A program made the position numbers and the translations under genes. From a bacterium (lineage in GTDB: Bacteria; Patescibacteriota; Minisyncoccia; Moranbacterales; UBA2206), in contig JAJYJP010000001.1 in the NCBI GenBank assembly GCA_021789395.1, forward strand, positions 1-34,665: a stretch of 34,665 nt of DNA. Reading direction: 5' to 3'. This document shows positions 18,211 through 27,469 of the stretch, piece after piece (positions within the stretch are counted from its first letter, which is position 1; each line of letters begins with the position of its first letter). Below the pieces are notes generated by a model, which ran no database searches, was not told where the DNA came from, and saw only the letters and a program-made list of their open reading frames with translations.

Positions 18211-18324
18211 TTATCTATACATAAAAGCCGGCGCCAGCGTAAAAGCCAGCATCGCCAAAACTCCTATGACTGTGATCACAATCCAAATAGCATGCATTCT
18301 TTTTCTGTGTTTGCTGATATTCAT
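18211..18324 (-). CDS. Small single-TM protein, 37 aa (not in the ORF track)
   Basis: Hand translation MNISKHRKRMHAIWIVITVIGVLAMLAFTLAPAFMYR*. It fills the lepA-ftsB gap and stops 7 nt before the ftsB-like start. Confidence 0.75.
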   Translation of the reverse strand: MNISKHRKRMHAIWIVITVIGVLAMLAFTLAPAFMYR

Positions 18325-18330
18325 AAGATC

Positions 18331-18359
18331 ATTGTACTAAAGATCCGACATATTTTCAA
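18331..18359 (-). promoter_or_regulatory. sigma70 promoter, apparently leaderless
   Basis: TTGAAA-17 nt-TACAAT, then 6 nt, then ATG 18324. Confidence 0.7.
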
Positions 18360-20174
18360 TTATTTTTTCAACACCGCCAAAAAAGCTTCGGAGGGAATTT
18401 CTACCCGACCGATGCTTTTCATCTTTTTCTTACCTTTTTTCTGTTTTTCCAAAAGTTTTCTTTTGCGCGTCACATCTCCACCGTACAGTTTGGCTATGAC
18501 GTCTTTACGGAAAGCCTTGATCGTCTCGCGAGCAATTACTTTGCCGCCGATCGTCGCTTGCAACGCGATTTGAAAATTCTGGCGAGGAATCGAATCTTTC
18601 AATTTTTCCACCGTGCGCTTGCCTTCGCTAAAAGCTTTCTCTTTAGGCACGATTCTCGCGAACGCGTCCACTTTTTCTCCCGCCACCATTATATCCAGCT
18701 TTACCAAATCATACGGTTTATATTCTTTAATCTCGTAATTCATCGAGGCGTAACCGGACGAAGCGCTCTTCAGATCATCGTGCAGATTAGTGATGACATC
18801 GGTCAGCGGGCAATCAAAAGTTAGAATTATCCGCTCGGCATCTATGTATTCCGTGTTTATATATTCCGCCCGCGTATTTTTCATCACTTCCATAATTGCT
18901 CCGAGATAAGTGCTGGGCGAAATAATATCCAATTTCACGTATGGCTCGTAAATTTTCTCGATTGCGGCCGGATCAGGCATTTCAGTCGGAGAATAGATTT
19001 TTATCCGCCCGTTCTTGCCACGCAGTTCGATTTCGTAAACGACGCTTGGCGTTGTGATAGTCGGACTGATATCGAATTCGCGCTCTAGCCGGGATTGGAT
19101 AATTTCCAGATGGAGCATGCCCAAAAAACCGCAACGGAATCCGCGGCCCAGCGCAACATTGCTTTCCGGTTCGAAAGCGAATGCCGCGTCATTGAGCTTC
19201 AATTTGTCCAACGCATCGCGCATGAAATTATAATCGTCGCCTTCAATCGGATAAAAAGAAGCATAAACCATCGGAACGACTTGCTTATATCCCGGCAACG
19301 GTTTGACGGGGTTAGAAGCTTGCTCTTTGAAATCTGCAATTGTCACGGTATCACCAACCCGGCAATCCTCGACACCCTTAAACCCGGTCGCGATGTAGCC
19401 GATGTCGCCCGCCACCAATTTTTCAACTGCTTGCAGATCCGGTCGGAAAAATCCCACTTCTACTACGCCGCTTTCCGATCCGACCGCCATCATAGCAATC
19501 TTATCATCGCGTTTCACTGTGCCATCAACGATCCGGACATATGCTACCACGCCTTTGTATGTATCGTATTTGGAATCAAAAATGAGCGCCCGCAAAGGAT
19601 TTTCGACATCGCCTTTGGGTGCTGGAATCATTTCGACAATTTTTTCCAAAAGTTTTTCCACGCCCAGGCCGGTTTTTCCGGAAACTTCTAAAATTTCTTC
19701 TTCTTTGCATCCCAAAATATGAATAATTTCTTTTTTCGTCTTCGCAACATCGGCATTGGGCAGATCGATTTTATTGACCACCGGAATGATTTCCAAGCCT
19801 TGTTCGATCGCCAGATATAAATTGGAAAGCGTCTGCGCCTGTACGCCCTTAGTCGCATCCACCAGAAGCACCGCGCCCTCCACTGCCGCCAACGATCGAG
19901 AAACCTCGTAGTTAAAATCTACATGGCCTGGAGTATCAATAAGATTTAATGTATATTCTACGCCTTGTTGGTCATACTTCATCCTCACCGGCTGCAGTTT
20001 GATCGTAATTCCCCGCTCCCGCTCCAAATCCATCTGGTCAAGCAACTGCTCTTTCATTTTTCGCTGTTCCACCGTCTTGGTCAATTCCAAAAGACGGTCC
20101 GACAAAGTAGATTTTCCATGGTCAATATGCGCGATGATGCAGAAATTGCGTACGTTTTTCTGGTCCATATACAT
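18360..20174 (-). CDS. lepA: Translation elongation factor 4 (LepA)
   Basis: RNFCIIAHIDHGKSTLSDR, ERERGITIK, LIDTPGHVDF, GFRCGFLGMLH, LYGGDVTRKRKLLEKQKKGK. The start may be 20168. Confidence 0.98.
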   Translation of the reverse strand: MYMDQKNVRNFCIIAHIDHGKSTLSDRLLELTKTVEQRKMKEQLLDQMDLERERGITIKLQPVRMKYDQQGVEYTLNLIDTPGHVDFNYEVSRSLAAVEGAVLLVDATKGVQAQTLSNLYLAIEQGLEIIPVVNKIDLPNADVAKTKKEIIHILGCKEEEILEVSGKTGLGVEKLLEKIVEMIPAPKGDVENPLRALIFDSKYDTYKGVVAYVRIVDGTVKRDDKIAMMAVGSESGVVEVGFFRPDLQAVEKLVAGDIGYIATGFKGVEDCRVGDTVTIADFKEQASNPVKPLPGYKQVVPMVYASFYPIEGDDYNFMRDALDKLKLNDAAFAFEPESNVALGRGFRCGFLGMLHLEIIQSRLEREFDISPTITTPSVVYEIELRGKNGRIKIYSPTEMPDPAAIEKIYEPYVKLDIISPSTYLGAIMEVMKNTRAEYINTEYIDAERIILTFDCPLTDVITNLHDDLKSASSGYASMNYEIKEYKPYDLVKLDIMVAGEKVDAFARIVPKEKAFSEGKRTVEKLKDSIPRQNFQIALQATIGGKVIARETIKAFRKDVIAKLYGGDVTRKRKLLEKQKKGKKKMKSIGRVEIPSEAFLAVLKK

Positions 20175-20177
20175 TTA

Positions 20178-20211
20178 ATTCTATAATAAAAAGCTTGAAA
20201 TTTCAAGCTTT
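20178..20211 (-). promoter_or_regulatory. lepA promoter overlapped by a perfect 22-bp palindrome
   Basis: TTGAAA-17-TAGAAT on the minus strand; AAAGCTTGAAATTTCAAGCTTT at 20190-20211. Confidence 0.6.
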
Positions 20212-20238
20212 GCCTGGAAAAATACTTACTTTGATTTT

Positions 20239-21888
20239 TTAAATGCCGCTCACATCATCCGTATTTTCTATGATGACTGCCGCCTGTCGGCTCTTGAGAA
20301 GTTTTTTGGTCAGGGAATTTTTAAAGACAAAAAATTCTTCCAGTCTCAGAAAATAACAGGCGGCAATAAAAATCACCAGTCCAACCAAACCTGAAACAGA
20401 CAGTTGAGAAAAAACGCCTAAAAATTTGTTCAGGTTAAACCAATTTCCGGTGAAATTTTTTGCAATTTGAATACCCAATCCGGCCGCGAAGGATGCGACA
20501 GAAACCTTAACCACCGATTTGATTATGTTTCGATCGTCCAGGCTGTCAAACCGCATCCGCAAAAAGAATAGCAAAGCCAACATTTGGAAAACACTGGCTA
20601 CCGAAAATGCGATTGCCAGACCCAGAACTTGATAACGATGGATCAAAAGTAAAACCGTTCCAATATTTACCGCCTCAGTGGCAACCGCCACGTAAAACGG
20701 CGTTTTGGAGTCGTGGATGGCATAAAAAGATCGCGTAAGGAGCGGCACGATGCTCTGTGCAAAAAGACTGATTGCAAAAATTCCTAAAGACTGAAAAGTT
20801 AGGATCGTATCGTTCCAATCAAATTTTCCCGCACCCAATATCACACGCACAATTTGTGCCCGCAGCACCAACATCACAACACTGGCAGGAATGACAAAAA
20901 ATAGAATCTGCCGGAAAGTTTCCGAAAAACTTCTTATATATTTATCGTGTTCGTTCCGCGCCGCGTAAGTGGAAAGGGTCGGAAACGCCGCCAACGCGAA
21001 AGATATCCCAAAAAGCGACAGCGGCACGCTCTGTAAGTTTTGAGAAAAATTAAAGATGGCCAGACTTCCAGCTGCCAGCGTCGAGGCAAATACGGTAATT
21101 ACCATCAGATTGAACTGACTGATGGCAATCCCGGTCATCCTTGGCAACATCAGCTTCATAACCTTTTTGACATCATGATTTTTCCAATACGTCCAGAGTC
21201 CCCACTGATGTTTGAAACCTAAATTCCGCGCCGCCAGATATTGCAATGACATATGCATAAAAGCGCCGAACACTACGCCCCAAGCTAACCCGACCGGACC
21301 CATGAATTTTACAAAAACTAAAATGCCGATGATGATTCCTAAATTATAAAGGAGCGGTGCGATCGAATAAATCAAAAAATTTTTAAACGAGGTCAGTATA
21401 CCGCCCATAATTCCGCTGAAGCCTAGGAACAACGGACTTAAAAACATAATGCGGGTAAACAGCACCACACGCGCCATCTTTTCCGGGGAAAATCCAGGCG
21501 TAATCAGTTTCATCAGAAACGGCGCGAAGATCGCAAAAATGATGGAAAAAATAATTATGAAAAAAATTGCCAAGTTCAATACCCCATTGGCCAGCTCCCA
21601 CGCTTCTTCGTCTTTTTCATTACTGACCAGACTGGTAAAAACCGGAATAAAGGCTGCGCTTAATGCTCCCAGGATCAGCAAATTATAAATCAGGTCGGGA
21701 ATTCGGAAAGCGGCGTAATAAACATCGAGCGTGTCTCCGGCGCCAAAGGTGGAGGCCAAAAGCCGGTCGCGAAAAAGTCCCATCAGGTTACTGACGATCC
21801 CGGCCATCGTAATGATGAAAGCGGCCGAAATTACTGATTGCGACGGCTTCGAGGAAAGAAATTTGTTTTTGAAGATTTTCTTGATCAC
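20239..21888 (-). CDS. murJ: Lipid II flippase MurJ (MviN)
   Basis: GLFRDRLLASTFGAG..DVYYAAFRIPDLIYNLLILGALSAAFIPVF, LTRSFYAIHDSKTP; many TM helices. Confidence 0.93.
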   Translation of the reverse strand: MIKKIFKNKFLSSKPSQSVISAAFIITMAGIVSNLMGLFRDRLLASTFGAGDTLDVYYAAFRIPDLIYNLLILGALSAAFIPVFTSLVSNEKDEEAWELANGVLNLAIFFIIIFSIIFAIFAPFLMKLITPGFSPEKMARVVLFTRIMFLSPLFLGFSGIMGGILTSFKNFLIYSIAPLLYNLGIIIGILVFVKFMGPVGLAWGVVFGAFMHMSLQYLAARNLGFKHQWGLWTYWKNHDVKKVMKLMLPRMTGIAISQFNLMVITVFASTLAAGSLAIFNFSQNLQSVPLSLFGISFALAAFPTLSTYAARNEHDKYIRSFSETFRQILFFVIPASVVMLVLRAQIVRVILGAGKFDWNDTILTFQSLGIFAISLFAQSIVPLLTRSFYAIHDSKTPFYVAVATEAVNIGTVLLLIHRYQVLGLAIAFSVASVFQMLALLFFLRMRFDSLDDRNIIKSVVKVSVASFAAGLGIQIAKNFTGNWFNLNKFLGVFSQLSVSGLVGLVIFIAACYFLRLEEFFVFKNSLTKKLLKSRQAAVIIENTDDVSGI

Positions 21889-21896
21889 GATAAGGT

Positions 21897-24473
21897 TTAT
21901 TTCTTAGTAAAAGCCACTCCCCAAAATTTATCCGTCGTCAGATCAGAATCCAACTCTAGACTGTTTTCCGATTGCGTAACCGTGTCTGGATATTTCCAAA
22001 TCACATCGTAGTCGGACGGAAAAGTCAATTTGGAGGTAAATTTATCGCCCAGACTGCCGGATTGTTTCTGGGCCAACAAGGAATAGTTATCCGCCGGATC
22101 CGTACCGGACATCACAATTTTGAATGGTAGCAGATATTTATATTTTAGTACAACCGTTTCTTGCGGACTGACATAAGTCCAGTTAGCAAAAACCGTTTTA
22201 TTATTTTCATCATAGATCCGCGTTCCGGTCGTCGGATCGATCTTGGTCGAATCCTCTTCCATTTGGACCAGCGGATCGCGCGTAAATCCCAACGCATCGT
22301 AATCGAGCGGCGGAGAGTCGACTTCCCTGGTCTGGCCCTCGGCGGAAATCAGCTGTGACCCTTGCGGCACATAGACACGCACGTAATCAGCGTTGACTTT
22401 ATTATACCAATCATACGGCGTATTGCCACCGTTATGGTGCCGAGTGATCGTTACCGTATCAATGATCGATCCGTCCGGCTGGATCGCAGCACTGTGATTG
22501 ATCGTCTCATCAATCACGCCGTCGGTCTTATAGCCATTGATGTTGGTATTGATGACGCTCAGATAATCCTTGGGCGTATTCAAAATTGCTCCCGACCAAC
22601 CTGCCTGGGAGATTTCCTGTTCAATATCATAATTGGACGAATACAGCAAAATCTGTTTCTCATTCAAACTTTCAACCAGAGCATCGGCAATTTTGGAAAG
22701 CGTGGAAAGGTCTTTGGTAGCAAACAGTTTGTTCATTATTTTTGGAGCCAGGTCGGATAAAATTTGTTTGGGTTTGTTTGTAGTTTTATTGTAATCCACC
22801 TGGACTTCCTGCTGGATCAGATTAATAAAGTTATTCTGATCCACCGTTACGCCGTAATCCGGCATGCTGATCGGACCAGTGATTGCCAAAAGTTTTTGGA
22901 TCACTACCGGCGTCATAGTAATTACGCCGTCTACCGTCGGACCTCCATCTCTTTCGTAAAACTGTATCGCTTCCTGGGCCGAAGTCGGGAAATCGGGAAA
23001 CCAATTGCTGTCATGCAAGCTCCAGTTTGCGCTAATCTTTTGAATCGGAATTGGCGGCACGATCTTGTCTTTCATCTGACCGTCAGGATCATAAATTCCG
23101 TCCGTAAAAAATTTAGTCACCTGACCGTTAAAAATATCCAGCTCGCCATAAGTACCGATGAATCCTCCAGTTGCCCGCATTTCCTGATTGTTCTGGAAAA
23201 GAAACAGATATTTTCTCGGTCCGTCGCCACCCAAAATATCCGTAAAGATTTGGCTATTATTCACAAACCCGTCGACGAACGTTTCAATCTCCGGCAATTT
23301 ATTTTGAAGCATTATGAATGTGTCTCTTTGATTGGACGGAATATCATCCACGTTTACCCGAGATAAATCGTTCTGGATATCTTTTAATAAAGCATCGATT
23401 TGTTTGGCATTGGCTTCCGTGTTTTGAAAAGTTTTCAAAAGCGAGACCGGATTGGAATCACTGCCGCTGTTCGGCAGAGGATTATTAATCCTGTCTAACT
23501 GCCGTATGATTTGATCGGAAAGCACTCCAATCTGAGACACATCCTTTCCGGCCTGCGCCAAAGAGCTTCCCGTAGAAAGCTTGGACAGAAACGGCAAGTA
23601 TTGAGAGATATTGACCAGAACTTTACTCAAACTATTTATTTCCTCGGACATTTCGTTAAATTCGTCGTATGCTTCGCTAAAATCCGTCGCCGACTGCTGA
23701 AAATTCTGGCCGAGCATATTATCTTTAGCCTGCGCCAAAGCAACATAAGCCGCTTGCCCTTGTCCGATGACAGAATTTTTTATCAGCAATCCCTTCTTAA
23801 CCAAGCCAAAACCGAAAACCGCAACAAAGGCCGCCAGCGCAACACTTGCAAAAGAAAATATTAGTTTTTTCCGGTGACGAGAAGCGAATTCTTGCCGCCG
23901 CTTTCTCTTTTTCTCAAATCTAACCCTTTTTATCCTTTCTTTTTTTTGTTTTTCTTTCTTTTTTTCTTCCTCAAGTTTACTTTTTTGATTCTCCAAATAC
24001 CTCAGATTCCAAAATATTTCATCTTCGGTAGCTTGCTGGAAATAATCATCGTTCTTTAACGGGCTATTCGCCTCTTCAAGAGATTTTTCTCCTTTTTCTT
24101 TTTCAAAATAGCGAGATTGTTCTTTATTGCGAACGATTGAATGTCTGGCATGTGTCTTCACGGGCCGATCATTTTCCACTTCATACATGATCGGAACATT
24201 TTCATTCTTAAAAGCTCTTCCAAGTTGGTAAACTTTCGCTCTTTCTTCCAAGACCAAGCTTCTGAACCGCTCAATCTCCTCTTCGATGGCGTCCGGCAGC
24301 TTGATATCGTAAACATTGCCGGAAGGATCTGTTTTTTTCTCAACTTTTTTTTGCTCGAGCTTAAGAATTTTTTCGATTTTCTCGATTTTTTCCAGATCCA
24401 AATCGCCGGTTTCTGTCACCGGACGCACGTCAAACATCTGAGGAATAACTTTGTTTTTCTTTTTATTTTTCAT
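21897..24473 (-). CDS. DUF4012-like large membrane-anchored protein
   Basis: Charged N-terminus, one TM, helical stalk, GPRKYLFLFQNNQEMRATGGFIG, DSNWFPDFPTSA, VDGVITMTP. These motifs match DUF4012 proteins of polysaccharide loci as I recall them. Confidence 0.82.
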   Translation of the reverse strand: MKNKKKNKVIPQMFDVRPVTETGDLDLEKIEKIEKILKLEQKKVEKKTDPSGNVYDIKLPDAIEEEIERFRSLVLEERAKVYQLGRAFKNENVPIMYEVENDRPVKTHARHSIVRNKEQSRYFEKEKGEKSLEEANSPLKNDDYFQQATEDEIFWNLRYLENQKSKLEEEKKKEKQKKERIKRVRFEKKRKRRQEFASRHRKKLIFSFASVALAAFVAVFGFGLVKKGLLIKNSVIGQGQAAYVALAQAKDNMLGQNFQQSATDFSEAYDEFNEMSEEINSLSKVLVNISQYLPFLSKLSTGSSLAQAGKDVSQIGVLSDQIIRQLDRINNPLPNSGSDSNPVSLLKTFQNTEANAKQIDALLKDIQNDLSRVNVDDIPSNQRDTFIMLQNKLPEIETFVDGFVNNSQIFTDILGGDGPRKYLFLFQNNQEMRATGGFIGTYGELDIFNGQVTKFFTDGIYDPDGQMKDKIVPPIPIQKISANWSLHDSNWFPDFPTSAQEAIQFYERDGGPTVDGVITMTPVVIQKLLAITGPISMPDYGVTVDQNNFINLIQQEVQVDYNKTTNKPKQILSDLAPKIMNKLFATKDLSTLSKIADALVESLNEKQILLYSSNYDIEQEISQAGWSGAILNTPKDYLSVINTNINGYKTDGVIDETINHSAAIQPDGSIIDTVTITRHHNGGNTPYDWYNKVNADYVRVYVPQGSQLISAEGQTREVDSPPLDYDALGFTRDPLVQMEEDSTKIDPTTGTRIYDENNKTVFANWTYVSPQETVVLKYKYLLPFKIVMSGTDPADNYSLLAQKQSGSLGDKFTSKLTFPSDYDVIWKYPDTVTQSENSLELDSDLTTDKFWGVAFTKK

Positions 24474-24478
24474 TTCGA

Positions 24479-25603
24479 CTAGAGTTTTTTATAAATTTCC
24501 AGAGTCTGTTCCGCCATCTTCTTCCAACTGTATTTTTTGATTTGCTGGAATCCTTTTCTCATAAGCTCTGCGCGCAAATCTTGGTCATCCAGCACCTTGG
24601 AAATGGCTCCGGCCATCTTGTCCACATTTTTAGCGTCAAAATAATACGCACTGTCTTCCAAAATTTCCCGCATACACGGATGGTCAGAAGAAACCACCGG
24701 CGCGCCTTTGGCCATGGCTTCCAGCGGCGAAAGCCCGAAGCCTTCGTACAAAGAAGGCCAGACATAAACGGAAACGTTGTGGAAAAAAACATCCAGATCG
24801 TAATCCGGAACATAGCCGGTAAAAATCACGCTTTCAATATGCTCGTCTTCCACCATTTTTTTCAAGCGGACATAAAAATAATCCTCCTTCCCGACAAATA
24901 CCAACTTCAAATTATTTTTTCCCGGCTCTTTCCGAAGCCGGTCAAACGCACGCACCAACCGTTCCAAATTTTTGTGCGGATAGGCGTTGCCGACATACAT
25001 GATATATGGTTTTATTATACCATATCGCGCTAAAATTTTCTCATCCTTATTAGGGGTGAGCATGCAGAAATCTTCGCAAGCTTCATAAGTCACGGTGATT
25101 TTATCTTTCGAAACATGGTACTGCTTCAAGATATCCTCTTTGGTGAAATTAGAAACCGTTATCAATCTGTCCGCCCGAAAAATTGCCGAGCGGATGACAA
25201 TTTTATACATCAGATATTTGAACCAATAGATGATCGGATGAAGCGTAGTGCTGCGCCGGGTAGGAAAATAGATCAGGATAAGATCATGGATCGTTACGAT
25301 AAATTTACGGAAATAAAAAACCGGCACATTGAAATGTGGAAAATGCATCAGATCCAGCTTGTATTTGTTCAGAAGTTTTGGAAATTCCAGTTGTTCTTTC
25401 AACGAATACCACCGATAATCCGCCAATACTTTGGTGAAATTGGAATTTTTGGGCTCATATTCGTCGAAGTTGACTTTCTGAAGAAAAATAAAATACTGAT
25501 TGTCGAGATCAATCTTTTCCAAATTCTCGATTAATTTTTGAGTGTAGCGCCCCAGTCCCTTTCTTTTTACCCCAAAAAACCGGGCGTCGATGCCAATGCG
25601 CAT
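24479..25603 (-). CDS. Glycosyltransferase family 4
   Basis: MRIGIDAR, VTIHDL, YVGNAYPHKNL, PSLYEGFGLSPLEAMA (EX7E). Confidence 0.94.
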   Translation of the reverse strand: MRIGIDARFFGVKRKGLGRYTQKLIENLEKIDLDNQYFIFLQKVNFDEYEPKNSNFTKVLADYRWYSLKEQLEFPKLLNKYKLDLMHFPHFNVPVFYFRKFIVTIHDLILIYFPTRRSTTLHPIIYWFKYLMYKIVIRSAIFRADRLITVSNFTKEDILKQYHVSKDKITVTYEACEDFCMLTPNKDEKILARYGIIKPYIMYVGNAYPHKNLERLVRAFDRLRKEPGKNNLKLVFVGKEDYFYVRLKKMVEDEHIESVIFTGYVPDYDLDVFFHNVSVYVWPSLYEGFGLSPLEAMAKGAPVVSSDHPCMREILEDSAYYFDAKNVDKMAGAISKVLDDQDLRAELMRKGFQQIKKYSWKKMAEQTLEIYKKL

Positions 25604-25687
25604 GGTTTATATCGTTTTAATACAAACTACGCTCTCATTATATCTGAATTTAACAAACAAAAAAAGCCCCGGAGCGTTTACCAATAA

Positions 25688-26848
25688 TTATCTTAGAACT
25701 TTAAAAAACGTCCTGGCCGTCTTTTCCCAATCGAAATTTTTGGCTTGTTCCAAACCTTTCGCAGACATTTTTTCTTTCAATTCGCGGTTGATTAAAATTT
25801 CTTTCATCGCTTGATAAATTTCTCCCGGCTTGTCCGGATCGATCAGAACGCCTGAATTTCCAACCATCTCGGGAAGCGAGGAATTATTGGAAACGATCAC
25901 CGGTACGCCACAACGCATCGCTTCCAGCGGCGGAAAGCCAAACCCCTCAAAAAAAGACGGGTAAACGAAAAGCGAGGCTAGGTTGAAAACATACTCTTTG
26001 TCTTCATCCGCAATGAAACTCGCCGCCATGATCTTGTCTTTGTGGACGCTCTTTTCAATTTCCATGAATATTTTTTCCGAAAGCCAGCCTTGCGATCCGG
26101 CAATCACCAGCTTATATTTGGAAATTTCTTCAGAATCATTTTTTTCGGCAAACTTCTGGAGCTGATCGAACGCCTGAATGATGCCGATGATATTTTTTCT
26201 CGGTTCGATCGTGCCCAAATACAAAATAAACTTATATGGCAAACCGTATTTCTCTTTCGTCCTGACCAGCTTCTCATCATTGCGACTGATGACCCGGAAC
26301 TTATCCGCTACGCCGCTGTAAATGATTTGGATCTTTTCTCCCGGAATCCCGTAAAACGATTCGAGATCATTTTTAGTCGATCCGGAAACGGCGATGATCT
26401 TATCTGCCCGGCGACAAATCTTTTTAGCATTGATAAAAATATGCCAGAGCCTTCTTTTCCAAGAAAAAGTCTGCGGATAGCGCTCGAATGAAAGGTCGTG
26501 AATCGTCAGAATCAACTTTGTCTTTCGACTGACACTGCCAAAGATGATGTTGGGCATAAAAAATATGTCCACACCACCGATCATCCTGTCAATCTTGGGC
26601 CAATCCAGATACCAGAACAAAAAGTTCAAAAGCTTGTTGGGAAAATGGAATTTTTTCAAGGTGACGTTGGAATATTTTTCCAGCCAAGAAAAATCCGCGC
26701 CGGAAGAACGGAAGGAATTAAAAAAAAGAACGTACTCGTTCTTGCGGTCGATTTCAAATAATTGCTTGAGCAAATTAAGCGTGTATTCTTCTACCCCCGT
26801 CCTGCGGCCCTCCGCCAAACATCTGATGTCGATTCCGATCTTTGCCAT
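25688..26848 (-). CDS. Glycosyltransferase family 4
   Basis: LTIHDLSF, LGTIEPRKNI, PSFFEGFGFPPLEAMRCG. Confidence 0.94.
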   Translation of the reverse strand: MAKIGIDIRCLAEGRRTGVEEYTLNLLKQLFEIDRKNEYVLFFNSFRSSGADFSWLEKYSNVTLKKFHFPNKLLNFLFWYLDWPKIDRMIGGVDIFFMPNIIFGSVSRKTKLILTIHDLSFERYPQTFSWKRRLWHIFINAKKICRRADKIIAVSGSTKNDLESFYGIPGEKIQIIYSGVADKFRVISRNDEKLVRTKEKYGLPYKFILYLGTIEPRKNIIGIIQAFDQLQKFAEKNDSEEISKYKLVIAGSQGWLSEKIFMEIEKSVHKDKIMAASFIADEDKEYVFNLASLFVYPSFFEGFGFPPLEAMRCGVPVIVSNNSSLPEMVGNSGVLIDPDKPGEIYQAMKEILINRELKEKMSAKGLEQAKNFDWEKTARTFFKVLR

Positions 26849-26859
26849 AAATTTCTACG

Positions 26860-27465
26860 TTATTCCAAATAATGAATGATGAGTACCAGCCAGAACGCCA
26901 CGAACAATCCCGCCAAAAATGAAGCCGCAAAGATTATAAGCGGACCGATCCGCCATTGGACGATGACCGGATCCTGAGCGACTATTTTGAACCAACTTTC
27001 TTCGTTTTGACTTTGGTTTAACATGTCAGTATTTTTTGAAATTTCTTTGACGATCGCGTCAGAAATTTTTCTCCCTTGGCTGGCGTTCGGAGTAGAAAAT
27101 GAAATAGAAACTATCTGCGAAGAAAGTTTTTCCGCGTCAAAACTTCCAGAGAGTTGTCTCATGGAAAATTTACTCGCGTCAATTCCGGCATCCGCATAAA
27201 TATTAGCCACCGTCCGCGGATCTTTCAGCCATTCCACCACCGTGTCGGCAAATTGATCATCGGCTTGCAGACGATAATAATCATCGTACCGATAAGCATC
27301 GGTTTTCTGCTCGCCCGTCCGGGTGATATTCAATGCGAGTGAGTTATCGTAAGAGATCGGCTTGGTTGCAAAATAAACAAAAGTTCCGGCTACGATCGCC
27401 ACAACCGTGATAATCACGACTCCAATATGCTTTTTGAAAATTTTCAGGTATTCTTTCAAATCCAT
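26860..27465 (-). CDS. Wzz/CapA-like chain-length determinant
   Basis: MDLKEYLKIFKK Wzz-type start; two TM helices around an external domain; inside the GT cluster. Confidence 0.75.
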   Translation of the reverse strand: MDLKEYLKIFKKHIGVVIITVVAIVAGTFVYFATKPISYDNSLALNITRTGEQKTDAYRYDDYYRLQADDQFADTVVEWLKDPRTVANIYADAGIDASKFSMRQLSGSFDAEKLSSQIVSISFSTPNASQGRKISDAIVKEISKNTDMLNQSQNEESWFKIVAQDPVIVQWRIGPLIIFAASFLAGLFVAFWLVLIIHYLE

Positions 27466-27469
27466 AAAA

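Noticed and set aside
25659..25675. Terminator-like GCTCCGGGGC-T7 between two GT4 genes
   Set aside because: The stem is too short to call with confidence.
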